Shown: positions 1 through 12,954 of the stretch, in pieces
Numbering within the stretch: the first letter of the stretch is position 1
Layout: every line of letters begins with the position of its first letter
Source of the DNA: Octopus sinensis
Taxonomy: Eukaryota
Length of the DNA: 64,000 nucleotides
Assembly: GCF_006345805.1 (NCBI RefSeq)
Contig: NC_042997.1
Span: forward strand, 155,248,001 to 155,312,000
Reading direction: 5' to 3'
The notes under the pieces: model-generated
What the model saw: only the letters and a program-made list of their open reading frames with translations
Databases searched by the model: none
Told to the model about the DNA's origin: nothing
Program-made: the position numbers and the translations under genes

Positions 1-1041
1 ATAAGCTGGTAATTGATGAAAATGATAATTTAAATAAAGTGTCAGACTTTACTATTCAATTTTCTCCAAAAAAATTTTAAAAGATCATAAATCATCATGG
101 CTTGAATATGTTTCTATGGTTAGTCCACATTACTCTGTAAAGAACACAGAGCCGGATTTCCAGTCTCCCTGAATGGGACACCAGTCTTTCACAGGATTAC
201 TCACTTTTACCAGCTGAGTGGACTGGGGCAGTGAGAAGTGAAATGTTTTACTCAAGAACACAATGCATCACCTGGTCCAGGAATCAAAACCAGAATCTTA
301 CGATCAGGAGTCTAAAACCCTAGCCACTAAGCCATGTCTCTATAATACATACATATTTTACAGCAACACTCTATCCCACAAAACAGCATTACCACAAAAT
401 TAAGATATAAAAGCAGGATAGAAAATTAGTGCAGATTTCAGAAGACTAGTTTATTGAGGAAAATATATTCTCAAAGACTAAAAAGTATCAGATATAAAAT
501 AAATTTTTTTAAATGTATAATGAAAAATACAAGCATCAAACAAAAACAATGAAACAAAAATGTATCAAAGTAAAAAAAAAACTGAGAACATACACCATGA
601 AGAGAGTTTTAGCATATGTATAATAAAGAAGCAAAAAAAATAATACTGTGAATACCTATAGAATACTGATAAACAAAAGCTGAACCACGTCACAAATACA
701 AACATAAATAAAAGGGAATATGAGCAAGATTTAAGGACCAAGAATCAAATAGTGATGCAAAACTGAGAGACATGAAATCTAGCTTTTAGATAATCTTCCT
801 TTCTTTCATACCAGAAGACTAATTTGAGTTCTTTACGTAACTTTATTCTTCTCTCCACAAAAGAAATTCAAGGTGATTTTATAGCTCCTAAGTAACTTAG
901 GAAAAATTCTCACATCATGAATATTTGTTGAAGAAATATCTTCTTGCCTTTCCAATCATATGTATGAAATGTTTGTGCATAACCCGTTGATGTACTTTAG
1001 ACAATGTTATCATTTATTCAATACTATAATATAGTTACATA

Positions 1042-1247
1042 AGGTAGCAAGCTGGCTGAATCATTATCATGCCAGGCAAAATGCTAAGTGGCATTTTGTC
1101 TGTCTTTACACTCTGAGTTCAAATTCTGCTGAGGTTGACTTTGCCATTCATCCTTTCAAAGTCAATAAAATATGTACCAGTTGAACACTCAGGTCAACTT
1201 ACTCCTACCCCTAAAAATGCTGGCCTTGTACGAAAATTTGAAACTGA
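1042..1247 (+). mobile_element. SINE family A
   Basis: 17-bp TSD tataatatagttacata (1025-1041 / 1248-1264); same head as 38797-39021. Confidence 0.85.
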
Positions 1248-1267
1248 TATAATATAGTTACATACTA

Positions 1268-1460
1268 GGAAAGTTTACAAAAAAAACAAAAGACGAAGAC
1301 AGGTGGTGTACAAAACAAACAGATGTATTAGTATAATGCTCAGGAAAAGAAAAAGTCTTTAACGTTTCGAGCCTATGCTCTTCTACAGAAAGGTACACAG
1401 AAAAAAACAAGGAGAGAAAAAAATGTGTGTAGTGGCTAACGATCTATCATGGCATCTGAC
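1268..1460 (-). mobile_element. Short non-autonomous element with variant minimal hammerhead (1357-1392), probably Penelope-derived
   Basis: 13-bp TSD tagttacatacta (1255-1267 / 1461-1473). Minus strand CTTT-CTGTAGA-AGAGC ATAG GCTC-GAAAC-GTT-AAAG. Confidence 0.6.
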
Positions 1461-1626
1461 TAGTTACATACTACTTTGTTTCAATTTTTGTTAGAAACAA
1501 TACTTGAGCAGAGTTAACCTGGAGTTCAACAACAACAGCAACATATTAAGAATAAGAGACAAGACAAAAATAGTGTCTGCAGTGACTCAGTAACTGTCAC
1601 TAAATACATAGCCAACAAAACTGGAA

Positions 1627-1882
1627 TAATAAGGTCATTAACATATAGTGCACAGGCACAAAATTTGATCAAAACGAGTATATTGTGAGATTTAACAAAG
1701 CATAAAACCCAACAAAGACTAGATAAGTTCTCTTAATCTCCTTGTAGCATATATGTAATAAGGTCATATAACACACTGCATACAGACATTTGATCAAATT
1801 TGATCAAAAAGAGTAAATCATGAGATTTATAAAATCATAAAACCCAACAAAGTCTGTTACAGTTCTGTTAATCTCCTCATAG
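1627..1882. repeat. Diverged ~125-bp tandem duplication
   Basis: Shared aataaggtcat...tttgatcaaaa.gagta...gagattta...cataaaacccaacaaag...ttaatctcct. Confidence 0.8.
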
Positions 1883-2577
1883 CGTGCATGCATGTGTATT
1901 ATGTAACATATATATTCTATTTATATATGTATATAATAGATCACCTTTATTTTTTATTTGCTCTTAATAATCCTTTCTACTATAGGCACAAGGTCTGAAA
2001 TTTAGGGGAGGGGGATAGTTGATTACATCAACCCCAGTACTCAATAGGTACTTAATTTATTGACCCTGAAAGGATAAAAGGTAAAGTCGACCTTGGTAGA
2101 ATTTGAACTCAGAATGTAGCGACAGGTGAAATATCGCTAAGCATTTTGTCCAGCATGCAAACAATTCTGCCAGCTCACCACCTTAGTTACTCTTAATAAT
2201 ATAACATAAAGCAGACAAACGAAACTTAATAGATCAATGCAACAAAACAAAAATATAAAAACTGATAACAATCATGTGTGGGGCACAGTTCATAAGTTCA
2301 GATTTCTTCAAGTCATAAAAACTGTCAACTAAAAGCCTTACAGTTATCACACACAACACACACACATTATGCAAATAAAAATATGTACTGTGCTCTCAAA
2401 CCACATTACAGTGGTTCATTCCTACTTCTATATACTACACCTACCTTTCCCCTGCCTCTCCCCCTGCCCTACCATCCTTCCAGGCTACCCAACCATTGTC
2501 ATCTCTCTATCTCTTCTCCTGTCCCTGACAACAGAATTATCATTACTATTTCTACTGCTCACCACCCCACTCAATTC

Positions 2578-2805
2578 TTATTTTTTTATTGCCCACAAGG
2601 GGCTAAACATAGAGGGGACAAACAAGAACAGACAAAGGGATGAAGTTGATTACATCGACCCCAGTGCGTAACTGGTACTTAATTTATCGACCCCGAAAGG
2701 ATAAAAGGCAAAGTTGACCTTGGCAGAATTTGAACTCAGAACATAGCGGCCAACGAAATACTGCTAAGCATTTCGCCCAGCAGAAACTCACTCGCCTTCT
2801 GCCAG
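2578..2805 (-). mobile_element. SINE family A with rearranged 5' end
   Basis: 15-bp TSD caccccactcaattc (2563-2577 / 2806-2820). Confidence 0.85.
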
Positions 2806-3379
2806 CACCCCACTCAATTCCGCAACCCTCTATCTTACCCAACGCATGGCTCATTGTTCATCCATCCTTCAATTTTCGATCTGCCTTCCCATCCCCTCAT
2901 CTCCTTCCCATGCAATCTTGAAAACTATCCACCCATCCACTTCTACTTACCTTGCATCTTGTGGAGGTAGGGGAGGGCACCTGGGCCCTCATCACCATTA
3001 TCTATCTGATTGCAGAACCTACTGACCGGTTTCTTTTTTGTCTCTCTCTTTCACTCCTCCCCTTACATGAATAGCTATGCAGATCCTCTGCAAGAACCTG
3101 CTCTGATACCACCACCTTCCAACTTCTCATAGTTTTAACCTTTCTTCCCTTGGCATGAAGGCAATACCCTTATCTTCCCCAGGGCTCATAGTCCTTTGAG
3201 CTGCATGGCAACCTTTACAGTGCAGTTGACAAGAAAAAGACACCCAGTACATGATGTAAAGTAAATGGCTTTAGGAAAAGCATCCAGCCATAGAAACTAT
3301 ACCAAACCGGATACTTTAGCATGATGCAGTCCTTGGATTAGTCAAATCCTGACCAACCCATGCCAGTATGATGTTGATG

Positions 3380-5401
3380 ATATATATATGTGTGTGTGTA
3401 TGTGTGTGTGTGTGTTTGTGTGTATGAAAGAAGGTTTGAAAATGCACTTTTAGAGATGTTTATTCACTTGACCGGTTTCACTTTTTTAGAAAAAGATTGT
3501 CAAAAGTAAAATGTAAAGCTTTGTATGAGCTTTGTTGTGTTAAGTACTGGTTTTCAACAAAAGTATTAAAATGCATTTATACATTCTTTGATAATAATAA
3601 GAAAATGTTAAAAACAGGTTACAAGAAAGTATTTAAGAAAGTAATCAGAACGGAACTCCAAAATGCATTTTGAGTTCAATAAAAATCATGTTTGTTTGGT
3701 AGTATATATATACACAGAAGGAGATATATTTAAGAATTTACAAAATATTGTAGCGGACTAACCGACCTGTCTTTCTGGCATTTGTTTTGTGTGTAGCTAC
3801 ACACAAATTTTACATGGTAATAGTATCAGACCCCATGAGTGTCTACATGTAATTTGTTTTTTCATTTGGATTAAAACAATACAACATTGGCACTGGTTCG
3901 ATATTAAAAGTGAAAGAATAACATCTATATTGTAATGTGATATAATATTGCTTCAATTTTATTCTTTCACTTTTAATTCTAATGTGATAAGACTATAATA
4001 TTGCTTCACTTTTAGTCTTTCGTTTTTAATATCTTAATGTGAATAACTTTCCATCTTTATGGCCACAACAGCAAAATGCTGTGTCAGTGTATGTGTGTTG
4101 ATTGACATAACAAACAGCTGGAGGTGAAACTCTTGACAAAAAAATGAGGTGGAAGGTCCAAGGTATATAAAAATACACATTTACCGTTTAATTACCAGTT
4201 AATAATTATAACAACAGTTGCAAATTTACTGTTAAATTAGCAGTTCTTGCTGCACATCAGATGGAGTATCAAGAGAGAAGGGAGATGAGATTTTCCTTAG
4301 ATTAGCAAATGCATGCTGCAGTACATTAGATGGAGTATCAATACAGAAGGGAGATGAGACTTTCCCAAGATCTGCAAGGGCATTCTGCAGCATGTCAAAT
4401 GGAGTCTCAAAAGAGAAGGGAGATGAGACTTTCTCGAGATCAGCAAGGGCATTCTGCAGCACGTCAAATGGGCTCTCACACAGAAGTGACATGACACTTT
4501 CCCAAGATAGGCAAAGGCATGCTGCAGCATGTCAAATGGAGTCTCAAGACAAGCAAGATGAGACTTTCTCAAGATCAGCAAATGTATGCTGCAGTACTTA
4601 ATACTGAATCATCAAATCAATATTTTAATGATTAGACAATGGTTCAATAGAATAGCTCTCAGAAAAAGAACATGTACAAATTCGTTCTTCACAACTCCTG
4701 GAGCTGCTTCACATATGATCCATCCCATTCTAATAAAAATGATAATTTTATCCAAATTGGTGTTCTAAACTCAAATTATCAATTCTGCAAAGCTTTAAAA
4801 TTTCCAAATGAAACTAATGGCATGTGCTGCTCAGGTGGTAAGGTAAGATTGCCAGCACTACCAGCTCCACCACAAATTCTTATAGATCTTCTGGACGGAA
4901 CTTCCATCCAGTCAAAGGATTTTCTGAAGAATATCAGACAATATGACTCTGCATTACCATTTGGTGCATCTAAGAAGATAGTTGAACATGGATTTACGCC
5001 AATGTTCAAAGTTCAAGTCTATCACCTCATTGGTTTTCTTTTGCCCACAAATGAACGACCACAGTTACTCCAAATTTACTTTATGAGTTACATAGGACAA
5101 CAAACCCGAAGGTAGTATCAAAAATTCAGACAACAGGTCATGTTAGACACAGCACTGACTGCCGCAAAGCAGAGTATATCTACTAACAGCTTTTCGGTGA
5201 GTTCAAAAACACATACCAGCATTTTCCATAACTGGTTAGGGCCTGGATTACTCCAAACAGATGCATTAGCCCATCATTTACTCCACAAATGTTTTGTCGT
5301 CAATGCTGCACTTTCCCGTATCACCGGTTTCAACATAACTGTAAGATATATATACAAACTATGCCATTTTAATCCTGAGCAACAATGGGTATCTCTGCTA
5401 G
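3380..5401 (+). mobile_element. Internally deleted Helitron
   Basis: Degenerate Helitron N-terminal ORF (C..CKALKFPNETNGMCCSGGKVRLP...KDFLKNIRQYDS...FKVQVYHLIGFLLP...LQIYF, 4672-5115). 3' end cctgagcaacaatgggtatctctgCTAG|T at 5401. 5' end approximate (TA/TG tract). Confidence 0.85.
4261..4600 (+). repeat. 69-bp coding tandem repeat (5 units) of the Helitron N-terminus
   Basis: Units start at 4261, 4330, 4399, 4468 and 4536. One unit translates MESQKRREMRLSRDQQGHSAARQ (23 aa charged repeat). Confidence 0.85.
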
Positions 5402-5449
5402 TACTGTATAATATAAATATACATATACATATATATATATATATACATA

Positions 5450-6714
5450 CAAGGTCTTGTAGATAACTTGAGACCAATTTTGAACAGTTGACATAGTGGC
5501 ATTAACATTTCATTGTTTGACAAAACCTTGCTTGCTTGAAAATCTAATCCTCCATTTTATTTTTCAGGTAAACTGTGAACCAATTCAACAATAGAAAGAC
5601 GTGGAACACCAGAATCATTCTGCCATTGTTTTTTTGGCGCATGCTGGACACACTGCCAATAAAATTGTTGACGAAATTTCCAAAAGCAACAGTTTATCAT
5701 GTGTATAAACAATTTAAAGAAGTGCGAAAGAATGATAGAAAAGAACACAAGACTCAAGGTGATTCCAAGCACAATCCAAAGTTTCTCGCTGGCCTCAAAT
5801 GCTTGAATGAAGCCAACCTATCCACATCCATGACAACTCTTGCAAAGAAATGCAATGTGTCCCTTTCCACAATGTCTAGAGCTGTAAACAGGAACCTTGG
5901 CATAACTATCTATGTTTGATGCCACCATCACCTCCTAACAGCCAAGGCCAAAGCATTTAGAGCCAAGGGATGCCCAAAGCTTCCGTCATTCATCAAGCAT
6001 CAAGATGCAGGAAAAACTCTTTTGCTTGTAGATGAGAAGAAGTTTACTGTGGATGTTGAGGTAAATCACAGAAATTCTTGAGTGATTACATACAACCCTT
6101 TCAATGTCCCCATTATGTTTGAGACTAAGAATCCTGTCTCTGTGATGGTATTTGGAGCCATGGCAAGTGATGGAAATGTCATGAATCTATACATCATTGA
6201 GTCTGGCTTGAAGACTAGTGCATAGGAGTACCTGGACATCCTAAAGAACTCTCTGTGATGGAGCAGAAGTTTGGGCTTGACAATATGGTGCTTATCCAGG
6301 ATTCTGCACCATGCCATGGGTCAAAGCAACACAAGCCTTCCTTGGGGAGAAGGTGCCACTTTTTGTGAGGGCCAACATCTGGCCCAGTAATAGCCTAGAT
6401 CTCAACCTTCTTGATTACTTTTTATGGGGAATACTTCAAACAAGAACCAATGATTCACCACACTCAAGTGTCAATAGCTTGAAGACCTGCATCATGTGTG
6501 TGACATGCAAAATCTAAAAGGCAAAGGTTGTAGCAGCTGCAAAAAAAGTTTCATTCTCATGTGAGGCAGTAACTGCCCAAAAAGGTGGCCATGTGGAGAA
6601 ATAAATATTTGTTGTAATAAATGCTACATTAAAATCTGTCTGCCACCATTATTTTAGTATTTATAACCAGTTTATGCATCATAAAAATTGTTTCAATTTA
6701 TCTGCAAGATCCTG
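5450..6714 (+). mobile_element. Tc1/mariner DD37D (maT) transposon, full-length, transposase pseudogene
   Basis: Imperfect ~28-bp TIRs (caaggtcttgtagataacttgagac / rc caggatcttgcagataaattgaaac), TA on the left. Motifs DEKKF, SVMVFGA, QDSAPCH...WPSNSLDLNLLDY give 37 residues between D and D after repairing a 1-nt deletion. Stops and frameshifts present. Confidence 0.92.
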
Positions 6715-7038
6715 TGAATACATATATACATATATATATATATGAGTGTGTATGTGTGTGTGCGTCCTCATACACACACACAGCTCAACATTTGTGTGAA
6801 CAGCTTCCAAGAGGCATTATTCCAAAATAATGATTCAACAAGCCACAGGACTATGTTGAGTTCCATTGTGAGCTTTGGTATGGTTGTACTTTCTAATACC
6901 AACTACTTTACAGTGTAATGGGTGCTTTTTTTCATGCCACCAGCACTAGTGAGGTCACCATGCATCTCAAAAGACAAGATGAGAAAAGGAAAAGGAAATT
7001 CACAAATTTAAATGATAATTGAAAAAGTTGACAAGGGA

Positions 7039-7432
7039 CTCTTTACTCTTTTATTTGTTTCAGCCGTTTGACTGCGACCATGCTGGAGCACCGCCCTTAG
7101 TTGAGCAAATTGACCCCAGGACTTATTCTTTGTAAGCCTAGTACTTATTCTATCGGTCTCTTTTGCCGAACCACTAATTTACGGGGACGTAGACACACCA
7201 GCACCGGTTGTCAAGCAATGTTGTGGGACAAACACAAACACACACATATATATACATATACATATATACGATGGGCTTCTTTCAGTTTCTGTCTACTAAA
7301 TCCACTCACAAGGCTTTGGTCAGCCCGAGGCTATAGAAGAAGACACTAGCCCAAGGTGCCACGCAGTAGGACTGAACCCGAAACCATGTGGTTGGTAGGC
7401 AAGCTAATTAACACACAGCCACTCCTGCGCCT
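7039..7432 (-). mobile_element. SINE family B (internal TA/CA microsatellite). Other copies at ~12355-12720(-), 19820-20250(-), 29350-29610(-), 31640-32330(+), 36500-36760(+), 54035-54240(-), 54340-54762(-), 55508-55922(+)
   Basis: Shared head ggcgcaggagtggctgtgtggtaag...gggttcagtccc and tail gctccagcatggccgcagtcaaatgactgaaacaagtaaaagag. Confidence 0.85.
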
Positions 7433-7710
7433 ATATACAGAAAAAAAAACGTAGCCCCAGTTCTCTCAGTCTTATCCATCACACTAATTTTTTTTTTGTA
7501 GTCCCCAGACAGAAGAAAACTACTCATAGAGTTTACCTTTAACTGAAAGTTCCCTTCTCTCCATTCTACCCACACCTGAGAGCATTGCCAGGTACCAAAA
7601 TGCATTTAACACCATTCAATATGTCAAGCATCACCAACATTTTAAAGTGTCTATTCCTAATTAGTCATTACCATGAATAAGCAAATACCAGATAATCTAT
7701 ATTAGGTAAT

Positions 7711-7840
7711 TAAAATTATATAATAAATTATATAGAGCTAAAATTATATAATAAATTATATAGAGCTAAAATTATATAATAAATTATATAGAGTTAAAAT
7801 TATATAATAAATTATATAGAGTTAAAATTATATAATGAAT
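7711..7840. repeat. 28-bp AT-rich minisatellite, ~4.6 copies
   Basis: Unit taaaattatataataaattatatagag(c/t) at 7711, 7739, 7767, 7795 and 7823. Confidence 0.95.
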
Positions 7841-8528
7841 TAAGTTTCAATGAGAACATTATGTAACTTAAAAAATAATTGTTCATTTTTACAGAATACA
7901 AAACTGCATATTTACGAATAATACAAAACTACATGCTACATTTAAACTCATTGTTCCCAACATGGCAGTTTTCAAGAATTAAAATACTTATCGTTTTTGT
8001 GAATCTTTACAGTTACATAATAACGAGATAGGATAAAATAACAGGCTTGTGTAATTTTTACCTTCTATAACAATTATTCAAGCTAAAATATTATCTTTTA
8101 AAAACAAATTTTGCCAACCACGAACAGTTCAACAGTCTAAAGTTTTGGTTTGGAATCTTACCAAAATGAACTGAGCTTTCCATTCATCTAAAGATGATTA
8201 TATATATATATATATACAAAATAATGATTACTTATACAAAATAATAATTATTAAAAGTGTAGAAATATACAAAAGAATTTGGCAAATCTAACAGTAGTAG
8301 AGAATAAGAAAAGTAGGAAAGTTGTTCCAAATTAATAGGAAATGCTCCAAATTCACAAATCTAAGATAACTCTAGAAAGAGACTGGTAAGTCAAAGAATG
8401 GTTACAGATCCGTAAAACAAACATTAAATTTATAAAATACTCAAATTAACTGAGAAATGTAAAGAATATCATGAAGCACACATATATACATACATGCATA
8501 TATACATATATATATATATATATATATC

Positions 8529-8725
8529 ATTCATGTTCAGTCAATTGAAGGAAAGAAAATGGAGAGTTGAAAGTTAATAATTATTTATTATTTCCAAATC
8601 TGTAATTTACCTACTGGACACTAATGGAGACGGCTGTAAGAAGTAAATATTACCAATTTGTTAATAATAATAATTATTAACTTTCAGTTCTCCATTTTCT
8701 TTCCTTCAATTAACTGAACATGAAT
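8529..8725. mobile_element. Foldback MITE with ~54-bp terminal inverted repeats
   Basis: 8529-8582 is the reverse complement of 8672-8725 with about 3 mismatches. Confidence 0.8.
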
Positions 8726-9130
8726 TGTATGCTTAATATATACCTATTGATTTAAGGGAATATCATTTCCCAAAAATACTAGGTATAGAACCAAATATTC
8801 CTTGGATGTAACCATCCCTTTATGAGGTTAACATATCCTCTAAGCATATATATATATTAGGATGAGGAAAAAGTTTGTACACTGTGTTTTGAAGAATAGT
8901 TGTTTTTGAATAAATTCTTGCATAAAAAATTATTATTTTAACAAGGCGCACAAACCTTTTCCTCAATTTAGTATATATATATATATATATATTCTTTTTC
9001 CTTTTACTTGTTTCAATCATTTGACAGTTTATTGTATTGGTAAACAGACACTGGTGTTGAAGAACATAAAGATGAAAGTTGTAGTAGGAAAAAAGTTAGC
9101 AGACATGGTAGACTGGAAGCCATCTGAACA

Positions 9131-9362
9131 TTTATTTCTTTATTGCCCACAGGGGGCTAAACATAGAGGGGACAAACAAAGACAGACAAAGGGGTTAAGT
9201 CAATTACATCGACCCCAGTGCATAACTGGTACTTATTTAATCGACCCTGAATGGATGAAAGGCAAAGTCAACCTCAGTGGAATTTGAACTCAGAACATAA
9301 AGACAGACGAAATACTGCTAAGCATTTCACCCAGTGTGCTAACGTTTCTGCCATCTCGCCAC
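9131..9362 (-). mobile_element. SINE family A
   Basis: Near-identical to the copies at 2578 and 38797. Confidence 0.85.
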
Positions 9363-10261
9363 CTGGATTGGATCAAAACAAGTTGTGAAATAGCAGAATC
9401 AGTAGAATGTTCAACATATCTTGTAGTGTTTAGCTGTGTGTCTTTATTCCCACTGTTATACAAGCTGAGTCATTCATTTCCAGCCATCCATGAAATCACA
9501 TCCTGTCAAGGAGAAATATTACCTTGCTTAGGAACAAGTAAGAGTTGGTAACAGGAAGGGCTTCCAGTCATAGAAAATCTACCCCTACAAATTCTGTCTA
9601 ACCCATGCAAGCATGGAAAAGTGAACATCAAAATGATGATGATTTGATAGTGATTTGAGTTCATATCCTACAAAGGTTCACCTTGCTTTTCAGCCTGCAA
9701 GGGTCAATAAAATAAGTTGAGGATGATGTCAATCTAATCACCCAAAGAGGCTTTGTACCTATCCCAGAAATCAATACTGGATCAACTGTTTGTCCAGTTA
9801 TGTAATCAAATAGAGGAGAAAGGGAATTTGAATTTGTAAAGGTAGAAGGGGTCATAGTCACACTTACCTTAAGTCTTTTGGGGGCGAGATAGATAGGCCA
9901 AAAAAAACTCTAGAAAGGCAAAAGTTTATAACAAAAATTTGTACTCTTGTTTTTTCGCCAACTGACTTTTGACACAAAATGGATTCAACTGAAAAAAATA
10001 TTCCGTTTGTGTCACATAAATTGTTGCCAGGTGTAAGTGTAGCTTCTGATTGGCTGATAGATGAAATGGTACCTTTTCTCAGCTACTGACCCCATAGAGC
10101 AAAAAAAATTATAAGTTTCAGTACGAATTATGTACCACCACTCATTAGACTGATACAAATAAGTAGTACTTTATTTGTACCAACCAGCCTGAAAGAGTTA
10201 AACAAAAATGTCTACAGCTATAGTCTGCCACTTATTTAGTAAAACTGAAAACAATACGTAC

Positions 10262-10372
10262 CTTGTAAGTCTTTCTCTTAAAATATCAGAACTGTCATCA
10301 TTGAGAACATTAAACAAGTCTTCTTGGTTTAGTGTCTTTTTGTATCCAAGAGAAAGTAAGGGGTTAAGCCAC
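10262..10372 (-). CDS. ABCC4: ABCC4/MRP4-like ABC transporter, coding exon 2
   Basis: Acceptor ttgtAG, exon G-WLNPLLSLGYKKTLNQEDLFNVLNDDSSDILRERLT-AG, donor GTACGT. 111 nt, phase 2/2. It completes the split Trp codon of exon 1 and matches the ABCC4 motif [23 protein letters not shown]. Confidence 0.95.
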
Positions 10373-11035
10373 CTACAAGTAAAGCCAAAACAATTTCAAA
10401 GATAATTAAGACAAAAACATTTATAAATATGCACCATGTATTACTTCATTTTGTTTTGGTTTTTTGTTTTTGTTTTTAATCTTAGAACAGCAAGAATAAA
10501 TGTTCATTTAATCTAGAAATAGAGTGAAACTGCATATTGATAAATATTTTTAAAGTATCATATTTAAAAAACAGTTTAACCCTTTTTCTACCAACCTGCC
10601 CAAGACTACTCCTAGTTCTATGATATAAATAAACTTCCTTAAAGTGAAACAAATTTAGTCATCAGACTCGGCTTAGTTTTCTGAGTCTTATCTACTTTTT
10701 GTAGGTGGGGAGAGTCATCTAATGGGTGAAGCAATGTGTCTGCAAAGTAGGTATGATGTAAAAGAATCTGCAGGAAAAAAGAAGAGGTAGGAAAAGAAGA
10801 GGGAAATGATGGAGAAGGAGAGGAAGAAAGTGAACATTAAAAGTATAGAGTAGGGTGGTAGTGGTAAAGACAGTAAAAATTGTTTAAAATTGTTTATAGT
10901 AACTGATAAGTTGTCAATATTTAGGGTGAGAAATTTCTTACAGGCAATAATGTCACTCCAACATTAAGAACCTTTACAATTTGGCTATTTTCTTCTAATA
11001 AGAATGCAGTATTTAAAGCATGATTTTATAGGAAT

Positions 11036-11850
11036 TCATCATCGTCAACATTGTTTAACATTCGCTTTCCATGCTGGCATGGGTTGGCTGGTTTAACTGA
11101 AAACTGGCAAACTGGGAGGCTGCACCAGGCTCCAATCTGATTTGGTAAGGTTTCTACAGCTGGATGCCCTTCCTAACACTTACCACTCAGAGAATGTAGT
11201 CGATGCTTTTATGTACCACCGGTACAGGAGCCAGTCAGGCGGCACTAGCATCGGTCACACTTGAATGATGCATTTTATATGCCACTTGTATGGCTGCCAG
11301 TCAGGTGGCACTGGCATCGGCCACACTTGAATGATGCTTTTTATGTGCCACCAGCATGGGTGCCAGTCAGGTGGAACTGGCATTAGCCATGACTACGATT
11401 TCACTCAGTTCAACAGGTCTTCACAAACACAGCATATTGCCCAACAATTGAATGGTGCTTTTTTAAATAGGTCAGTTATGCGACTTCTCAAGCATAGCAT
11501 ATCTTTAACAGTCTTGGTCACTTGTCATTGCTTCTGTGAGGCCCAACGTTCGAAGGTCATGCTTCACCACCTCATCCCATGTTTTCTTAGGTCTACCTTT
11601 TCCACAGGTTCCCTCCTCTGTTAGGGTGTGACACTTCTTCCTACAGCTGTCCTCATCCATACGCGTCAAATGACCATACCAGTGCAGTTGTCTCTCTTGC
11701 ACACCACATATGATGCTTCTTATGTCCAACTCTTCTCGCAGGGCACTTACACTGCTGTGTATGCACACTTGCATTACACATCCAGCAGAGAATACTAGCT
11801 TAATTTCATTCAAGCTTACGCATGTCAGCAGTCACAGATCACGTTTCACT
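11036..11850 (-). mobile_element. RTE-clade LINE 3' fragment with 3' UTR and (GAT)n tail
   Basis: ORF 11505-11813: LREELDIRSI...RQLHWYGHLTRM...GKGRPKKTWDEVV. Followed by the repeat-containing UTR seen elsewhere in the window. Confidence 0.85.
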
Positions 11851-12954
11851 GCCATGTAGGCTGCATTGGCTAATGTAATCCAGTATATCTCTGAATAAAA
11901 GCTGGTCACAGACAGAATATCATTGATTGTCTGCTGGGTCATTGACTAGCTTATAGCCATAGTGACAACACCCCTTTCTCTCTTTCTAACTCACAGATGA
12001 AGGACAAGAACTAAAAATGCTAAATTCTTTGTTCTTCATGGTAATAAAACTTATCAAACTTTTTATAAAGTCTGCTGATCTACAGTGCTGATGTCATTGT
12101 CTTTGATATTAGATTAAATTACTTGAAATTCTCTCTTAAAGATATAAATCGCTTGCCTTTTTCTTTATCTAGCACTATCAAAGATTCCTATCAACTTATT
12201 TCCAATTTCCATTCTATCCACCTTTAATTGTACTGTCATTCATTTTATAATCAGAAATTGCACTCTTACAGAACAAGTTGCTGTTTAACCCAGGTCAGCC
12301 TTGATTGGGTAGCTTTATAAGCAAAAATATTCTAGGCATGACCATCCTGTCTTATCTTTTACTTGTTTCAGTCATTAGACTGCAACCATGCTGGGGCACT
12401 GCCCTGAAGAATTTTTGGTCAAATGAATTGACCCCAATACTTATTTTCTTAAGCTAAGCCTGATACTTAATCTAACAGTCATTAATGCTGAATCGCTAAG
12501 TTATGGGGATGTAAACATACCAACACCAGTTGTCAAGCAGTGGAGGGAGAGACAAACACACACACACACACACACATACAACAGGCTGCTTTTAGTTTCC
12601 ATCTCACAAAACCATTCACAAGGCTTTGGTCAACCCAGGGCTATAGCAGAAGACACTTACCCAAGGTGCTACACAGTGGGGCTAAACCCAGAACCATGTG
12701 ATGGAAAGCAAATTTATTCAGTTGCTTGCATAGATTATAAGATGTTTAAGTTGTTTTTGATGCATAGGGAGTGTATATTATTCAGTATCAATTTTGTAAG
12801 ATTATGTGTTGTGTTATTTCATTTTGTGTTGATTTTGTAGAATATCCTTCCTTTTTTAATGCTTCTGTTTCTAACAGATCAAGCTAACATATTTACTGGT
12901 GCCTTCATATAATACAAGTTACAAATAATACAGGCATTATTGTGCAAGGATGTG

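Noticed and set aside
9860-9990. Candidate minus-strand exon (tttttttCAG ... AAG|GTAAGTG) as ABCC4 exon 3
   Set aside because: Stops in all three frames and no similarity to the expected ABCC4 exon 3 peptide.
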